This document shows positions 39,288-51,200 of a DNA stretch of 51,853 nt, piece by piece. A program made the translations under genes and the position numbers. Origin of the DNA: Candidatus Krumholzibacteriia bacterium (lineage in GTDB: Bacteria; Krumholzibacteriota; Krumholzibacteriia; JAJRXK01). The first letter of the stretch is position 1. Every line of letters begins with the position of its first letter. The notes beneath the pieces were generated by a model. It saw only the letters and a list, made by a program, of their open reading frames with translations. It was not told the DNA's origin and did not search any database. The stretch spans positions 1-51,853 of the forward strand of contig JBGPIA010000024.1 in the NCBI GenBank assembly GCA_041484665.1, in the 5' to 3' direction.

Positions 39288-39363
39288 GCCGGTGTAGCTC
39301 AGTTGGCAGAGCAGCGGAATCATAATCCGCGTGTCAGGGGTTCAAATCCCTTCACCGGCACCA
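39288..39363 (+). tRNA. tRNA with CAT anticodon, most likely elongator tRNA-Met
   Basis: GCCGGTGTAGCTCAGTTGGCAGAGCAGCGGAATCATAATCCGCGTGTCAGGGGTTCAAATCCCTTCACCGGCACCA; paired G1-C72, no GGG/CCC anticodon stem, G4 G5 rather than C4 C5. Confidence 0.93.
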
Positions 39364-39420
39364 CCTTCCTACCGCCCGGACCGATTGTGGGCCGAAGGCC
39401 CCCCAGCCCGGGGAGGCCCT

Positions 39421-41376
39421 ATGCCGTCCTCCAAGCCCATTCCATCCGGATCCGTACCCGCCGCCGCGGGCGCTCCTGCGGCCGACGCTGCGAGCGGGCC
39501 TGGCCAGCCTGGTACCCCCGCCGACCCCGCCGATCTGCTTCCACGCCTCGCGGCTCTTTCGCTGCAAGACGGAGGCGTCCCGGCGGGCTGCAGCATCCTC
39601 GTCGCGCTGTCGGGCGGTGCGGACTCGGTGGCGCTGCTCGATGTGCTCGCGCGCTTGCGGGAGCAGCGGGACCTGCGGCTGGTTGCCGCGCACCTCGATC
39701 ACGCGCTGCGGCCCGGCAGCCAGCGCGACGTCGTCTTCTGCCGGCAGCTCTGCGACCGCCTGGGCGTGCCGCTGCGAACGCATCGCATCGACGTGGCAGC
39801 CGCCGCACGCCGCTGCGGGGAGGGCCTCGAGGCGGCCGGCCGCCGCGCCCGCTACGGCTGGCTGCGCCAGCTGCGCGCGGCCGAGGGACTCGAGCGCATC
39901 GCCACCGGTCATCACCTCGACGACCACGTCGAGACGCTGCTGATGTGGCTGTTCCGCGGCGCTGGGCTGACCGGCATGCGTGGCATCGCGCCGCGGCGCG
40001 GGCGCTTGCTGCGCCCCTTGCGCCAGTTCCGCCGCGATGAGCTGCGCGCCTACCTGCGCTGGCGCGGGCTGGAGCACCTCGAGGACCCGACCAATGCCGA
40101 GCCGCGCTTCGCGCGCAATCGGATCCGTCACGAGCTACTTCCGCAGCTGGAGACGCTCTTCGGCCCTGGCGTCTCCGCGCGGCTCGAGCGCTTCAGCCGC
40201 CTGGCCACCGCAGAGGTTGGCCTGCTGCAGGCCGTCACGCAGGAGGCGCTCCAGCAGTGCGCGACCTCTGTCGGGCCCGCTGAGCTGGAGCTGCGCCGCG
40301 AGACATTCCTGGCGCTGCATCCCGTGCTGCGGGCGCACGTGCTGCGAGCAGCGTTGCGCCAGCTCAGAGCACGGACGGTCGCCGTGGTCGCGCAGGTGGC
40401 GCCCCCTGCGAGCCCGTTGGGTGCGGCCTGGACGCCCGCCGGGCCAGCCGCCGTGGCAGACCTTGGCGCGCTCGAGGCGCCCGCGGGCCCCCAGCGCTGG
40501 ACGGCCGCGACAGCCGCGCGTCTCCTGTGTTTCGCGAAAACCGGGCGTGCGGGGGCGCGTACTCCCTTACCAGGGGGCGGATGGCTCAAGGTGGAGCGTG
40601 GCCTCTTGCGGCTGCTCTCGGGGGCGCCGGACGCCCTGGAGCTGCCGGCCCGATCGCGGCCGAAGACCTCGCCGCGACCGCAGCTGGGCACCGGAAGGCG
40701 CGAAACCTGCAATACCGCCGGGCTTGGCGGGGACGGGGCGCAGGGAGCTGCCGCCGGAGCTGGCGGAGACCGGCCCCGTGGCGGGACGCGCAGCATGCCG
40801 GGGAGCGCGCCGGAGAGCACGCCCGAAAACGCGCCGGGTACGGCGCCGCAAAACGCGGGCGGCAGCACGCCGCAGGAAGCTGTCGGAAGCGGGCCAAAGG
40901 AAGCGCTCGGGAGCACTCCCGGCGACTCGCCGGCCTGGCGCCTGCAGGCCGAGCTTTTGCCCCCATGCCCGGAAGGTTTTACATTGCTGACGGAGTCCTC
41001 GGCTTGCTTCAATGTCGATACGCTGCGGCCGCCGCTGCGAGTGCGGGAGGCGCGCGGAGGAGACCGCATGCGCCCCCATGGGCTAGTGGGCCACAAGCGG
41101 CTCGCGCGGCTCTATCAGGAGCGAGGGATTCCCAGCGATCTCCGTCCTGGGATGCTCGTGGTCGAGGACCAGGAGCGGATCATCTGGGCGGTCGGGGTCA
41201 CCACGTCTGAAGAGACGCGCATCACGTCGAGTACGCAGCGCGTTCTTCGTCTGACCCTGGAGCTCGACCCCCTGGCCGGTCCACAACGCCGGGCACAAGC
41301 CCGGCCGGCGTCCGGTGGGATCTCCGGGCCTGGCCCCGGCGGCCTCCGCGCGCGAAAGGATCCAGACAGCCGATGA
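39421..41376 (+). CDS. tilS: tRNA(Ile)-lysidine synthetase with low-complexity insertions
   Basis: [40 protein letters not shown]-terminal TilS_C-like GDRM..G..G.K. Confidence 0.93.
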   Translation: MPSSKPIPSGSVPAAAGAPAADAASGPGQPGTPADPADLLPRLAALSLQDGGVPAGCSILVALSGGADSVALLDVLARLREQRDLRLVAAHLDHALRPGSQRDVVFCRQLCDRLGVPLRTHRIDVAAAARRCGEGLEAAGRRARYGWLRQLRAAEGLERIATGHHLDDHVETLLMWLFRGAGLTGMRGIAPRRGRLLRPLRQFRRDELRAYLRWRGLEHLEDPTNAEPRFARNRIRHELLPQLETLFGPGVSARLERFSRLATAEVGLLQAVTQEALQQCATSVGPAELELRRETFLALHPVLRAHVLRAALRQLRARTVAVVAQVAPPASPLGAAWTPAGPAAVADLGALEAPAGPQRWTAATAARLLCFAKTGRAGARTPLPGGGWLKVERGLLRLLSGAPDALELPARSRPKTSPRPQLGTGRRETCNTAGLGGDGAQGAAAGAGGDRPRGGTRSMPGSAPESTPENAPGTAPQNAGGSTPQEAVGSGPKEALGSTPGDSPAWRLQAELLPPCPEGFTLLTESSACFNVDTLRPPLRVREARGGDRMRPHGLVGHKRLARLYQERGIPSDLRPGMLVVEDQERIIWAVGVTTSEETRITSSTQRVLRLTLELDPLAGPQRRAQARPASGGISGPGPGGLRARKDPDSR

Positions 41377-43430
41377 CCGGTTCGCCTCGCGACCGCCGCT
41401 CCCCCGGTAGGCGCCGTCCCAGCCGGACTTCCCGTCCGATGCCGCCCGGCCGGACCATGGGCTTCTGGCTCGTGGTCATCCTGCTGCTCGTCTTCGGCTT
41501 CCAGATCCTGGCGCTGGACCGCAACCAACGCTGGACGATCACCTACACCACCTTCCTCAAGCAGGTCGACGCCGCCCACGTCGCCCAGCTCGCCATCAAC
41601 CAACGACAGGTCACCGGGCGGATGGCCGAGAAGCAGATGATCCCGGTGCGCGACGGCTCGCAGCAGGCCGTGGAGTACTTCCGCCTGGTGTTGCCGGTAG
41701 AGGATCCGGCGCTGCCGCAGCGCATCCTCGACAAGAATCCGAACGTGGAGCTGGTGGGCGAGGTCACCGGCGTCCGTTGGTGGGAGGCCCTGCTCACCTA
41801 CTTGCCATTCGTGATCCTGCTGGCGATCTGGCTGTTCTTCCTGCGCCAGATGCAGGCGGGCGGCAACAAGGCCTTCACCTTCGGCAAGAGCCGCGCGCGC
41901 TTGATCAATTCCGACCGGCCACAGGTCACCTTCATGGACGTGGCCGGCTGCGAGGAGGCCAAGGTCGATCTCGAGGAGATCATCGAATTCCTCAAGTCGC
42001 CGCGGAAGTTCCAGAAGCTCGGCGGGCGTATCCCCAAAGGTGTGCTGCTCGTGGGTGCTCCGGGCACGGGCAAGACGCTTCTGGCCAAGGCCGTGGCCGG
42101 CGAGGCGGGCGTGCCGTTCTTCACCATGAGCGGCTCGGACTTTGTGGAGATGTTCGTGGGCGTAGGAGCGTCGCGCGTACGCGACCTGTTCGAGCAGGGC
42201 AAGAAGCACGCGCCCTGCATCATCTTCATCGACGAGATCGACGCGGTGGGCCGCCACCGCGGCGCCGGGCTCGGCGGCGGCCACGACGAGCGCGAGCAGA
42301 CGCTCAACCAGCTGCTCGTGGAGATGGACGGCTTCGAGACCAACGAAGGCGTCATCCTCATCGCCGCCACCAACCGCCCCGACGTGCTCGATCCAGCGCT
42401 CTTGCGCCCGGGCCGCTTCGACCGCCAGGTGGTGGTCGACATGCCGGACGTGCGCGGGCGCGAGGGGATCCTCAAGGTCCACTTCCGCAAGGTGCAGATC
42501 GGCCTGGACGTCGACATCGCCAAGCTGGCACGCGGCACGCCCGGCATGTGCGGCGCGGATCTGGCCAACCTGGTCAACGAGGCGGCGCTGCTCGCGGCGC
42601 GGCGCAATCACGAGGTCGTGTCCATGCGCGACTGCGAGGACGCCAAGGACCGCGTGATGCTCGGCCGCGAGCGCACGGCGCTGGTGATGTCGGAGGCCGA
42701 GCGCACTCGTACGGCCTACCACGAGGGAGGCCACGCCATCGTGGCGTCCGTCGTACCGGGCTCCGACCCCGTGTACAAGGTGACGATCATTCCGCGCGGG
42801 CAGTCGCTGGGCGTCACCCACGTGCTGCCCGAGGGGGACCGCCACAGCTTCACGAAGGACCAGGCCGAGGCCAAGATCGCGTGGGCCATGGGCGGCCGCG
42901 TGGCCGAGGAGCTGGTCTTTCCCCAGGTGTCCGCGGGCGCGCAGAGCGACATCGAAAGTGCCACGCGACTGGCGCGCGCCATGGTCACGCGTTGGGGCAT
43001 GAGCGAGCGGTTGGGCCCGCTGTCCTACGGCGAGCAGCAGGAGATGATCTTCCTGGGCCGCGAGATCGCCCAGCACCGCGACTACAGCGAGCGCACCGCC
43101 ATCGCCATCGACGAGGAGATCTCGCGCATTGTCCAGGATGGCTACAACCGCGCGCGGAAGATCCTCACCGACCACATGCCCAGCCTGCACACACTGGCCA
43201 AAGCGTTGCTGGAGCGCGAGACGCTCGACGGCGCCGAGGTCTCGATGGTGCTGCAGGGCCAGGAGCTGCCTCCGATGCGCCCGGTCGAGCCCAGCGGGGC
43301 GCCCGTCATGCCGCCCACGCCGGATGAGACGGGTGCCGGCAAGCCCGCGCCCGTGCCACGCGCACCGGGCATGCCCGACCTGGGGCCTTCCACGGCGGGA
43401 CGCGACGCCACACCGCCGCCCTGGCGGTGA
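41373..43430 (+). CDS. ftsH: ATP-dependent zinc metalloprotease FtsH
   Basis: Two TM segments, [39 protein letters not shown]. Confidence 0.98.
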   Translation: MTGSPRDRRSPGRRRPSRTSRPMPPGRTMGFWLVVILLLVFGFQILALDRNQRWTITYTTFLKQVDAAHVAQLAINQRQVTGRMAEKQMIPVRDGSQQAVEYFRLVLPVEDPALPQRILDKNPNVELVGEVTGVRWWEALLTYLPFVILLAIWLFFLRQMQAGGNKAFTFGKSRARLINSDRPQVTFMDVAGCEEAKVDLEEIIEFLKSPRKFQKLGGRIPKGVLLVGAPGTGKTLLAKAVAGEAGVPFFTMSGSDFVEMFVGVGASRVRDLFEQGKKHAPCIIFIDEIDAVGRHRGAGLGGGHDEREQTLNQLLVEMDGFETNEGVILIAATNRPDVLDPALLRPGRFDRQVVVDMPDVRGREGILKVHFRKVQIGLDVDIAKLARGTPGMCGADLANLVNEAALLAARRNHEVVSMRDCEDAKDRVMLGRERTALVMSEAERTRTAYHEGGHAIVASVVPGSDPVYKVTIIPRGQSLGVTHVLPEGDRHSFTKDQAEAKIAWAMGGRVAEELVFPQVSAGAQSDIESATRLARAMVTRWGMSERLGPLSYGEQQEMIFLGREIAQHRDYSERTAIAIDEEISRIVQDGYNRARKILTDHMPSLHTLAKALLERETLDGAEVSMVLQGQELPPMRPVEPSGAPVMPPTPDETGAGKPAPVPRAPGMPDLGPSTAGRDATPPPWR

Positions 43431-44518
43431 GCGAGCCCGCGCGCGGACCCGCTGCTGACGACGGACGCGCGCCGGCCGCGGGACCGGCCGCGCAAGCGCG
43501 CACGGGACCGGTCACCGATCGGGGCGCGGAGCCCTTGAAGGAGCCAGCCTCGTCACCGCCCTCGGGATCGACCGCAGCGCCCGCCTCGCCCACCGGTCGC
43601 TGGCCGACGACCTGGCCCGGACGCCCGCTCATCCTGGGAATCGTCAACGTCACCCCCGACAGCTTCAGCGACGGCGGGCGCTACTTCCGCTGGGAAAAGG
43701 CCGTCGAGCACGGCCTGCGCTTGGCCGACGAAGGCGCCGATCTGCTGGACATCGGGGGTGAGTCCACGCACCCCGGCGCGCAGGCGGTACCGGTCGAGGA
43801 GGAGCTGCGCCGCGTCCTGCCCGTGGTGCGGGCGCTGACAGGCGAGCTCTCCGGAGCAGCCGCGGTGCCGCTGTGCATCGACACGCGCCACGCCGAGGTG
43901 GCGCGCCAGGCGCTGGCGTTGGGAGCCTGCGGGGTCAACGACGTCAGCGCTCTCAGCGACCCGCAGATGGCCAGCGTCGTCGCGGGCGCGGGGAGCGGTT
44001 TGGGCGGCAGCGGTCTGGGCGGCAGCGGTTTGGGCGGCGCGGCGGGTGGGGGCCTCCTCCGAGGCTCGGGCGGCGCCGCGGGCGTGATCCTCATGCACAT
44101 GCAGGGTGAGCCCGCGACCATGCAGGAGGACCCGCGCTACGACGACGTCGTGTCGGAGGTGGTCGCCTTCCTGCGCGAGCGCGCCGCGCGCGCCGAGGCC
44201 GCCGGCATCGATGCAGACCGCATCTGGGTCGACCCCGGAATCGGGTTCGGCAAGACGCTCCCGCACAATCTTGCGCTGCTGCGGGCCCTGCCACAGATCG
44301 CAGCGCTGGGGTTTCCCGTTGTCATCGGCACCAGCCGCAAGCGATTCATCGGCGAGCTATCCGCCGCCACCGTGGACGATCGTGTGCCCGGAAGCCTTGC
44401 CGCCGCTGGGTTGGCGCTGGCGCTACGCCGCTCGGTGGTGCGCGTCCACGACGTGGCAGCCACGCGGCAGTATCTCACCGTGCGAGCGGCACTGGAGCGT
44501 CCCGGCGGGGCGGGCTGA
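43427..44518 (+). CDS. folP: Dihydropteroate synthase
   Basis: [49 protein letters not shown] x3 insertion at about 43993-44038. Confidence 0.96.
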   Translation: MSEPARGPAADDGRAPAAGPAAQARTGPVTDRGAEPLKEPASSPPSGSTAAPASPTGRWPTTWPGRPLILGIVNVTPDSFSDGGRYFRWEKAVEHGLRLADEGADLLDIGGESTHPGAQAVPVEEELRRVLPVVRALTGELSGAAAVPLCIDTRHAEVARQALALGACGVNDVSALSDPQMASVVAGAGSGLGGSGLGGSGLGGAAGGGLLRGSGGAAGVILMHMQGEPATMQEDPRYDDVVSEVVAFLRERAARAEAAGIDADRIWVDPGIGFGKTLPHNLALLRALPQIAALGFPVVIGTSRKRFIGELSAATVDDRVPGSLAAAGLALALRRSVVRVHDVAATRQYLTVRAALERPGGAG

Positions 44519-44640
44519 GCCCGGCGCGCGGCGGGCCGAGCCTGATCACTCAGCGGGCTGAGCCCATCGTTGCGCTGGCTGAGCCCATCGCTGCTCTGGC
44601 TGAGCCGAGAGCGTCGCTCGCTGAGCCCATCGCTGGGCCC
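44510..44640. repeat. About 21-nt array seeded on the folP stop codon
   Basis: GCTGAGCCCATCGCTGC-type units; the first contains TGA 44516-44518. Confidence 0.85.
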
Positions 44641-44776
44641 GGCCGCCTCCTTCGCTGGTGATTTGGGGTCGAGCGGCCCGCTGCCGCCTTGTGGGGACGC
44701 GGCCAGCGGGGCTACGATCGACGGCGGGCAGGCACTCTCTCCACGGGAGCGGCAGGTCCGGCGAGGAGGACCGAGC

Positions 44777-45664
44777 TTGGGCGGCATCATCGACTTCCTG
44801 CGCCATCACTACATCCTCGACCTGCTCGACATCCTGATCGTCGCGTTCCTGTTCTACAGGATCTACCTGATCTTCCGCGGCACCCGCGCCATCCAGATGT
44901 TCGTGGGGCTGGCGATCATGTTCGCCTTCTCGCTGGTGGCGCAGAGCCTGGGGCTGCTGCTCGTCAACCAGATCATCGTTAGCCTGCAGACCGTGTGGCT
45001 CGTAGCCTTCATCATCATCTTCCAGCCCGAGCTGCGTGGCGCGCTGAGCTACCTGGGGCGCACGCGCGTGTTCCAGTATTTCGTGCGGGAGCGCCAGCCG
45101 GAGGTCGTGGAGCAGCTGGTGCGCACCGCCATCAACCTCAGCCGCGCCGGCTTGGGCGCCATCATCGTGGTCCAACGCAACACCGGGTTGAAGCCGCACA
45201 TCGAGACGGGCACGCGCATCGGGGCGAAGGTCTCGGCCGCGCTGCTGGAGACGATCTTCACACCGCCCACGCCGCTCCACGACGGCGCAGTGATTATCCG
45301 GGGCGACGAGATCGTGGCTGCGGCGTGCATCTTGCCGCTCTCGCGCAACGAGCAGCTCGCCTACACGCTGGGTACGCGCCACCGCGCCGCCTTGGGCCTC
45401 AGCGAAGAGAGCGACGCCTTCGTCGTGGTGGTGAGCGAGGAGAACCGCCAGATCAGCGTGGCCGAGGAGGGGCGTTTGCGCCGCCGCCTGTCGGCCGACG
45501 ATCTGCGCGCCGAGCTCACGCGCATCTATGGCCGGGCGGAGGACCTGGCCGCATTGCACCTGCCCACCGCCGAGCCGATCCCCAAGCCGCAGGCGGCACG
45601 GCGCGGCGGCGAGGCCGCGGCGGGGGGCGCCGATGAGGACGGCCCCCCGGCCCCCCTGCCCTGA
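44777..45664 (+). CDS. cdaA: Diadenylate cyclase CdaA
   Basis: Three N-terminal TM segments, [33 protein letters not shown] before TTG 44777. Confidence 0.93.
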   Translation: MGGIIDFLRHHYILDLLDILIVAFLFYRIYLIFRGTRAIQMFVGLAIMFAFSLVAQSLGLLLVNQIIVSLQTVWLVAFIIIFQPELRGALSYLGRTRVFQYFVRERQPEVVEQLVRTAINLSRAGLGAIIVVQRNTGLKPHIETGTRIGAKVSAALLETIFTPPTPLHDGAVIIRGDEIVAAACILPLSRNEQLAYTLGTRHRAALGLSEESDAFVVVVSEENRQISVAEEGRLRRRLSADDLRAELTRIYGRAEDLAALHLPTAEPIPKPQAARRGGEAAAGGADEDGPPAPLP

Positions 45665-45685
45665 AGTCTGCCCGGCGGTCGGGCG

Positions 45686-46144
45686 CTATCCCCCGCCTGT
45701 ACCCTTGAACAAGGCTGCCAGGTCCATGGTCGCCGGCCTGCGGTGGCTGGCCAGCTCGACGTACGTGCGTGCCAGCTGGTCCTTGCCCGCTCCGTGCACC
45801 GTGCTGATCAGGCCGATCGATTCCGCCAGGAGCTCGGGGGGCAGGCCCGCGATGATGTGCTTCCAGATGGACTCCTCGAGCACGTTGAACGCGGTCTGCA
45901 CCTCGCGCGGATCGTAACCGGCGGCAAACCGCTCCTGCGCCACACGGTCGGCATAGCCGATCACCGGCGATAGATCCCGCTCCCGCACGCAGCGCGCGGC
46001 CAGCCGGTAGAGCGCCTGCAGGCGTTCCTGCCCCGTGCCGAACCCGGCGGTCTCGTAGTGCGCCAGGTGGCAACGCCGCAGCGACTCACTGGCCTCGGCC
46101 AGGATGGGATCCTCTTCTTTGTCCAGCAGTTCCAGCAGTTTCAC
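45686..46144 (-). CDS. Hypothetical all-helical protein (RsbRD N-terminal/globin-like sensor domain candidate)
   Basis: ERFAAGYDPREVQTAFNVLEESIW pattern; AGGAGAG SD before GTG 46144. Confidence 0.7.
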   Translation of the reverse strand: MKLLELLDKEEDPILAEASESLRRCHLAHYETAGFGTGQERLQALYRLAARCVRERDLSPVIGYADRVAQERFAAGYDPREVQTAFNVLEESIWKHIIAGLPPELLAESIGLISTVHGAGKDQLARTYVELASHRRPATMDLAALFKGTGGG

Positions 46145-46414
46145 GGTCCACTCTCCTGTGGCCGCCGAAAAGGTGTGTCCGCCACGGCGGGGGGTCAAGG
46201 CGACGCCCCACGACGGCGTTGCGCCGGCAATCGCCGCTTCCTACGATTTCGTGATCTGCGCCGGGCGTGCCGCGTCATTGACTCTCCCCGCCGCGCAGCA
46301 CTAGTTGGGAGGGAACTTCCCGGGCCCTGGCGCGCGTTGCCTCCATGCCGCAATCGCCGTGACGGACCCACAGCAACCGTCCGCGAAGGACGCGTGGGAT
46401 GAAGAGGGAGACGT

Positions 46415-48130
46415 GTGATGATGAAGAAGGACAAAGCCGCAGCAGGGCGCGCCGTGCCACGGTTTCCCGTCGGCATCGACCTGCTCCACGATCCCAGGCT
46501 CAACAAGGGGACCGCGTTCACCGACGCTGAGCGCGACCTGCTGAGGCTGCGCGGGTTGCTGCCGCCGAGGGTGTTCACGGAGAGGCAGCAGCTCGAGCGC
46601 ATCCTGGAGAACTTCAACCGCAAGAAGTCCGACCTGGAGCGGTACATCTTCATGGCCGGCCTGCAGGACCGCAACGAGCGGCTGTTCTACCGCACGGTCA
46701 TCGACAACATCGGCAGCATGATGCCCGTCATCTATACGCCCACGGTGGGGGAGGCCTGTCGGCTGTTCGGGCACATCTTCCGCCGGCCGCGCGGACTGTA
46801 CGTCTCGGCCAAGGACAAGGGCCACATCAGGGACGTCCTGCGCAACTGGCCGGAGCGTGACGTCGCCATCATCGTCGTGACCGACGGCGAGCGCATCCTC
46901 GGGCTGGGCGACCTGGGCGCCTACGGGATGGGCATTCCCATTGGCAAGCTGGCGTTGTACACGGCGTGCGCCGGGATCGATCCGGCCAAGTGCCTGCCGG
47001 TGCAGCTGGACGTCGGCACCAACAACGAGCAATTGTTGGCCGACCCGCTCTACATCGGGCTGCTGCAGCACCGCCTGCGTGGCGATGCGTACGACGACCT
47101 CGTCGACGAGTTCGTCATGAGCGTGCAAGAGGTATTCAAGGGGACCATCCTCCAATTCGAGGACTTCGCCACCGAGAATGCCATGCACCTGCTGGCGAAG
47201 TACCGCGACGTCGTCTGCTCGTTCAACGACGACATCCAGGGCACGGCGGGCGTCACTCTGGCCGGGCTGTTGTCCGCCGCCCAACTGACCCGCGTCCGGC
47301 TGCGCGACCAGCGGATCCTTTTCTTCGGGGCGGGCTCCGCCGCCACGGGGATCGCCGACCTCACGTCGTCGGCCATGGTGCGCGAAGGGCTCACCGAGCG
47401 CGAGGCGCGCGAACGGTGCTGGTTCTTCGACTCCAAGGGGCTGGTGGTCGCCAGCCGCACCGATCTGGCCAGCTACAAGCGCCCTTACGCCCATCAACAC
47501 GAGTTCGTGCGGGAGCTGCTGGCCGCCGTGAAGTCCATCCGGCCGACCACGCTGATTGGCGTGTCGGCCCAGCCGCAGACCTTCACCGAGCCGATCCTGC
47601 GCGAGATGGCGGCGATCAACGAGCGGCCAATCGTCTTCGCGCTGTCCAACCCGACGACCAAGTGCGAGTGCACGGCCGAGCAGGCGTACCGCTGGACCGA
47701 GGGCCGGGCCGTATTCGTCACCGGGAGCCCCTTCGACCCGGTGGAGTACAACGGTCGCACGATCGTCACCGGCCAGGGCAACAATGCCTACGTCTTCCCC
47801 GGCGTCGGCCTGGGCGTCCATGTCTCGGGCGCGCGGCGCGTGACCGACACGATGTTCGCCGCGGCGGCACGGACGTTGGCGGCGTGCGTCGGCAAGGACA
47901 TGCTCGAGCAGGGCTCGATCTACCCGCCGCTGTCGGTGATCCGCGAGGTGTCGGCGGCGGTGGCAGCGGCGGTGGCGCGCGTGGCGCGCGACGAGGGGCT
48001 GGCCACCAAGAAGCTGCCCGACGACGTGCTGGAGCATGTCAAGGCGGCCATGTACAATCCCGACTACGTCGACTACCAGCAGTTCGTGGAGGTGCCCGCC
48101 CGCCGGCGCAAGCTGGTCGTGACGAGCTGA
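46415..48130 (+). CDS. maeA: NAD(P)-dependent malic enzyme (large SfcA/eukaryote-like type)
   Basis: NKGTAFT, YTPTVG, VTDGERILGLGDLG, QFEDF, FNDDIQGT, GAGSA, LSNPT, GQGNN. Confidence 0.93.
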   Translation: MMMKKDKAAAGRAVPRFPVGIDLLHDPRLNKGTAFTDAERDLLRLRGLLPPRVFTERQQLERILENFNRKKSDLERYIFMAGLQDRNERLFYRTVIDNIGSMMPVIYTPTVGEACRLFGHIFRRPRGLYVSAKDKGHIRDVLRNWPERDVAIIVVTDGERILGLGDLGAYGMGIPIGKLALYTACAGIDPAKCLPVQLDVGTNNEQLLADPLYIGLLQHRLRGDAYDDLVDEFVMSVQEVFKGTILQFEDFATENAMHLLAKYRDVVCSFNDDIQGTAGVTLAGLLSAAQLTRVRLRDQRILFFGAGSAATGIADLTSSAMVREGLTEREARERCWFFDSKGLVVASRTDLASYKRPYAHQHEFVRELLAAVKSIRPTTLIGVSAQPQTFTEPILREMAAINERPIVFALSNPTTKCECTAEQAYRWTEGRAVFVTGSPFDPVEYNGRTIVTGQGNNAYVFPGVGLGVHVSGARRVTDTMFAAAARTLAACVGKDMLEQGSIYPPLSVIREVSAAVAAAVARVARDEGLATKKLPDDVLEHVKAAMYNPDYVDYQQFVEVPARRRKLVVTS

Positions 48131-48147
48131 GCCGACCGCGGAAATTG

Positions 48148-48171
48148 GGGGCCGCGGCGGCGCGGCCCCTT
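48148..48171 (+). terminator. GC hairpin after malic enzyme
   Basis: GGGGCCGCG-GCGG-CGCGGCCCC followed by TT; poor U tract. Confidence 0.35.
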
Positions 48172-48292
48172 CCCCCCTGGCACTTGTGCATCACATTTTC
48201 GATCTCGCTTCCCGGCGCTGAGAAGCCTACGATTGCCCGCGGCTCCGCACATGCCTGGCCGATTCACCCCGCTGCCTGTCTGGAGGTGGCTC

Positions 48293-51200
48293 ATGCGTTC
48301 ACGCGCTCGCGCGTGCGCTCGGGGAACGGCCGTGGGCGGCCGCCCAGCGACGACGACCTGCCTGCTGCACGTCTTCCCCCTGCCTGCACGTCCCTCTGCC
48401 CGCCTGCTGACTGCCCTCCTCACACTCTGTCTGACCGCCCTCACGGATCAGGCGCACGCTTCGTCCGCGCAGCTGCCCAACGGCCTGGGCGTTGTGCTGG
48501 ATCGAGCGAGCATGACACGCGTCGGCTCGATCGACCCTGGTCAGATCGTGTCGGCATACGTCGTCACCGACACCGGCGAGCAGCCTGATGCCATCCGATC
48601 GCTGCGGGCCTATCAGTTCGGCCTCGACATCGATCCGCGCCTCGAGCTGCTCGGGATCGACCTCCCCCCACAGGTGAACTTCCCCAACTTCCCGGCGCCG
48701 CGCGACTACCAGTTCGGCCTGGGCGACTGCCTGGACCTGAACGCCGGCCCGGTCGTGCTGTTGAGGGCGCACTTGCGGCTGCTGGTGGCGCCCCCGGCGA
48801 CCGACCTGCGGGTGGACGTGCGGCCCCTGTCGGACGGCCGCGAGATGCAGTTCGCCCCGTGCTCCAATCCTGGGGACCTGCAGCGCTTCCAGCCCGCGGG
48901 GGGTGTCGTGCTGAACCCGGCAGCTCCATCGATCGTGCACTTCGGGGGCTCGCCGCCCGTGGTTGTGGAGGGCCGGCCGTTGAGCCTCGCATGGGAAACC
49001 TGGGGCGCGCAGACCGTGACGCTCGACGGAGCGCCCGTGGTTGCCGGGAGCACCGAGATCCTGCATCCCACGGCGAGCCACACCTGGATACTCGAGGTGG
49101 GCGCGGGCGCCGCCACCGCGAGCCGCCAGTGGAGCGCGGAGGTGATCCGCAGTCCTCGGATCGACGATTTCAACGCGACAGGCTTCGGGGTCGGCGGGCA
49201 GCTGATGGTCGCATTGCGGTGGGACGTGCAGGGCGCCACCGAGATCCTGCTGGACGACACACAACACGTGCCCGCACTGGGGGGCCAGTTGGGGCCGCTC
49301 AAGAGTCCACCGGTCTGGCGCCTCGACGCTTCCAACGAGTGGGGGACGACTTCCGCGCTGGCGGGTCTGGATGCCGCGCAGCTCCCGCCTTCGATCCTCC
49401 AGTTCACCGCCTCCCCGAACCCGTTCCACGCAGGGGAGTCCGTCACGCTCGCGTGGTCGGTCGCAAGCGCACTGTCGGCGACCATCAACAACGGGGTGGG
49501 AGACGTCTCGCCTGTCAATGGCTTCGTGACCGTGCAGCCGCCGGCATCGACGTCCTACATCCTGACCGCGACCAACGCTTGGGGCAACGCGACGGCAAAC
49601 GTCTTCGTGCAGCTCCTTCCTCCCGGCATCCATTCGTTCACGGCGACTCCGTCGCAGATCTTCCCGGGAGAGTCGACGCTGCTGCATTGGCAGGTCGAGA
49701 GCACCTTGCAGCTCACCCTCGAGCCCGGCATCGGTCCGGTCGCTGGCCCGACCGGCGAGCTGCGCGTCACGCCGACCCAGCCGCTCACGGTGTACGCCCT
49801 CACCGCCGCCAACCCGTCGGGAAGCGTGCATGCCTATGCCGAAGTCGACTGGAAGATCCCGGTCGCGACGCTCAGTGTCAGCGACACAACTCCCTACGCG
49901 ATCGACCCGATTCTGCTGACCGCGGTGATCAACGGAGCCAGCGCGGCATCCCTCGAGCCCCTGGTTGGTTCGATCCCCCCCAGCGGGGGACAGTTCCAGG
50001 TGGTCGTGGGGACCCCCACGACGTTCACCCTGACCGCCAGCAACGCTGCCGGTAGCGTTGCGCGTCGGGTGGGCGTCACGCCGCGTAAGCCCACCGCGAG
50101 CCTGCAGGTCTCCAACGCGACGCCGTATGCGGACGAGCCGATCGACTTGACGGCCGCGGTGGCGGGAGCCGCGAGCGCAACACTGGAGCCGGGATTCGGC
50201 ACGATCTCCCCCACAGGTGGAACGTTCGCTACGACGGTTCCGACGACGACCACGTTCGTTCTGAACGCGGTCAACGACGCCGGCGCAACGACCCAGCGAG
50301 TCACCGTCACCCCCAAGGCCCCGCAGATCATCAGTTTCCAGGCCGATCCTCCCCTCCTGACCAACGGGCAGACCGGCAGTCTCGTCTGGTCGGTGACGCA
50401 CGCCGACGAGACCCGGATCGAGCCAGGCGGATTCGCCGGCCTGCCGGCCACCGGCTCCGTCGCGATCACTCCCAGCCAGACCACGACCTACACCCTGACG
50501 GCGCGCAACCCGGCGGGGTCCAGCACAGCGACCGCACGGGTGGACGTCGGCGTGCCGTTCTCGATCCAGACGTTCTACGCCATCCCGACGGTGATCCTCC
50601 CCGGTCAGTTCTCGACGCTCACGTGGGTGGTGATCGGCTCCGCGAGCGTTTCGATCGACGGCCTCGGCGCGCAGCCGCCCGCAGGCGAACTTGCGGTCCA
50701 GCCCGACGTCACCACCACGTACACGCTGCGCGCCCAAAGTGGAGACTACGTTCGCACCGCGACCGCGCAGGTCACCGTTGGGATGTCCTGGGTGGTGCCG
50801 GGCGCGCTCGTGCTGAGTTGGTCGAGGGACTCGTATCCTGGGTTCCCTCCCCCGATCCAGCCGTTCACCCCGTTCGACTTCTGGGTCGTGGCCATGGACC
50901 CCCCGGGAGGGCTCTTGGGCTACGAGTGCTCCGTGCACCTGCCGCAGGGAGTGATCGTCGCGGGTGGGCGGAGCTTCTTCCCCAATGGAGCGCTGGACGT
51001 GGCCACGGGAGACGACAACTGGATCATTGGCACCGGAGGCGTTTGCTTGCAGGGCGCTTTCATCCCGCTGATCCGCTACGCGGCGTGCCTCTTCATTGGA
51101 CCCGTACCTGCCAGCGCGGAGATCGCGCTGGGGCCGGCCGTCCCGACGAGCTTTCCCGAGCCGGGCCTTCCGGGACGGCCGGGATACTTGAGCTGCCTGG

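Noticed and set aside
48178..48200. TGGCAC and TGTGCATCACA as sigma54 or CRP sites
   Set aside because: Spacing fits neither consensus.
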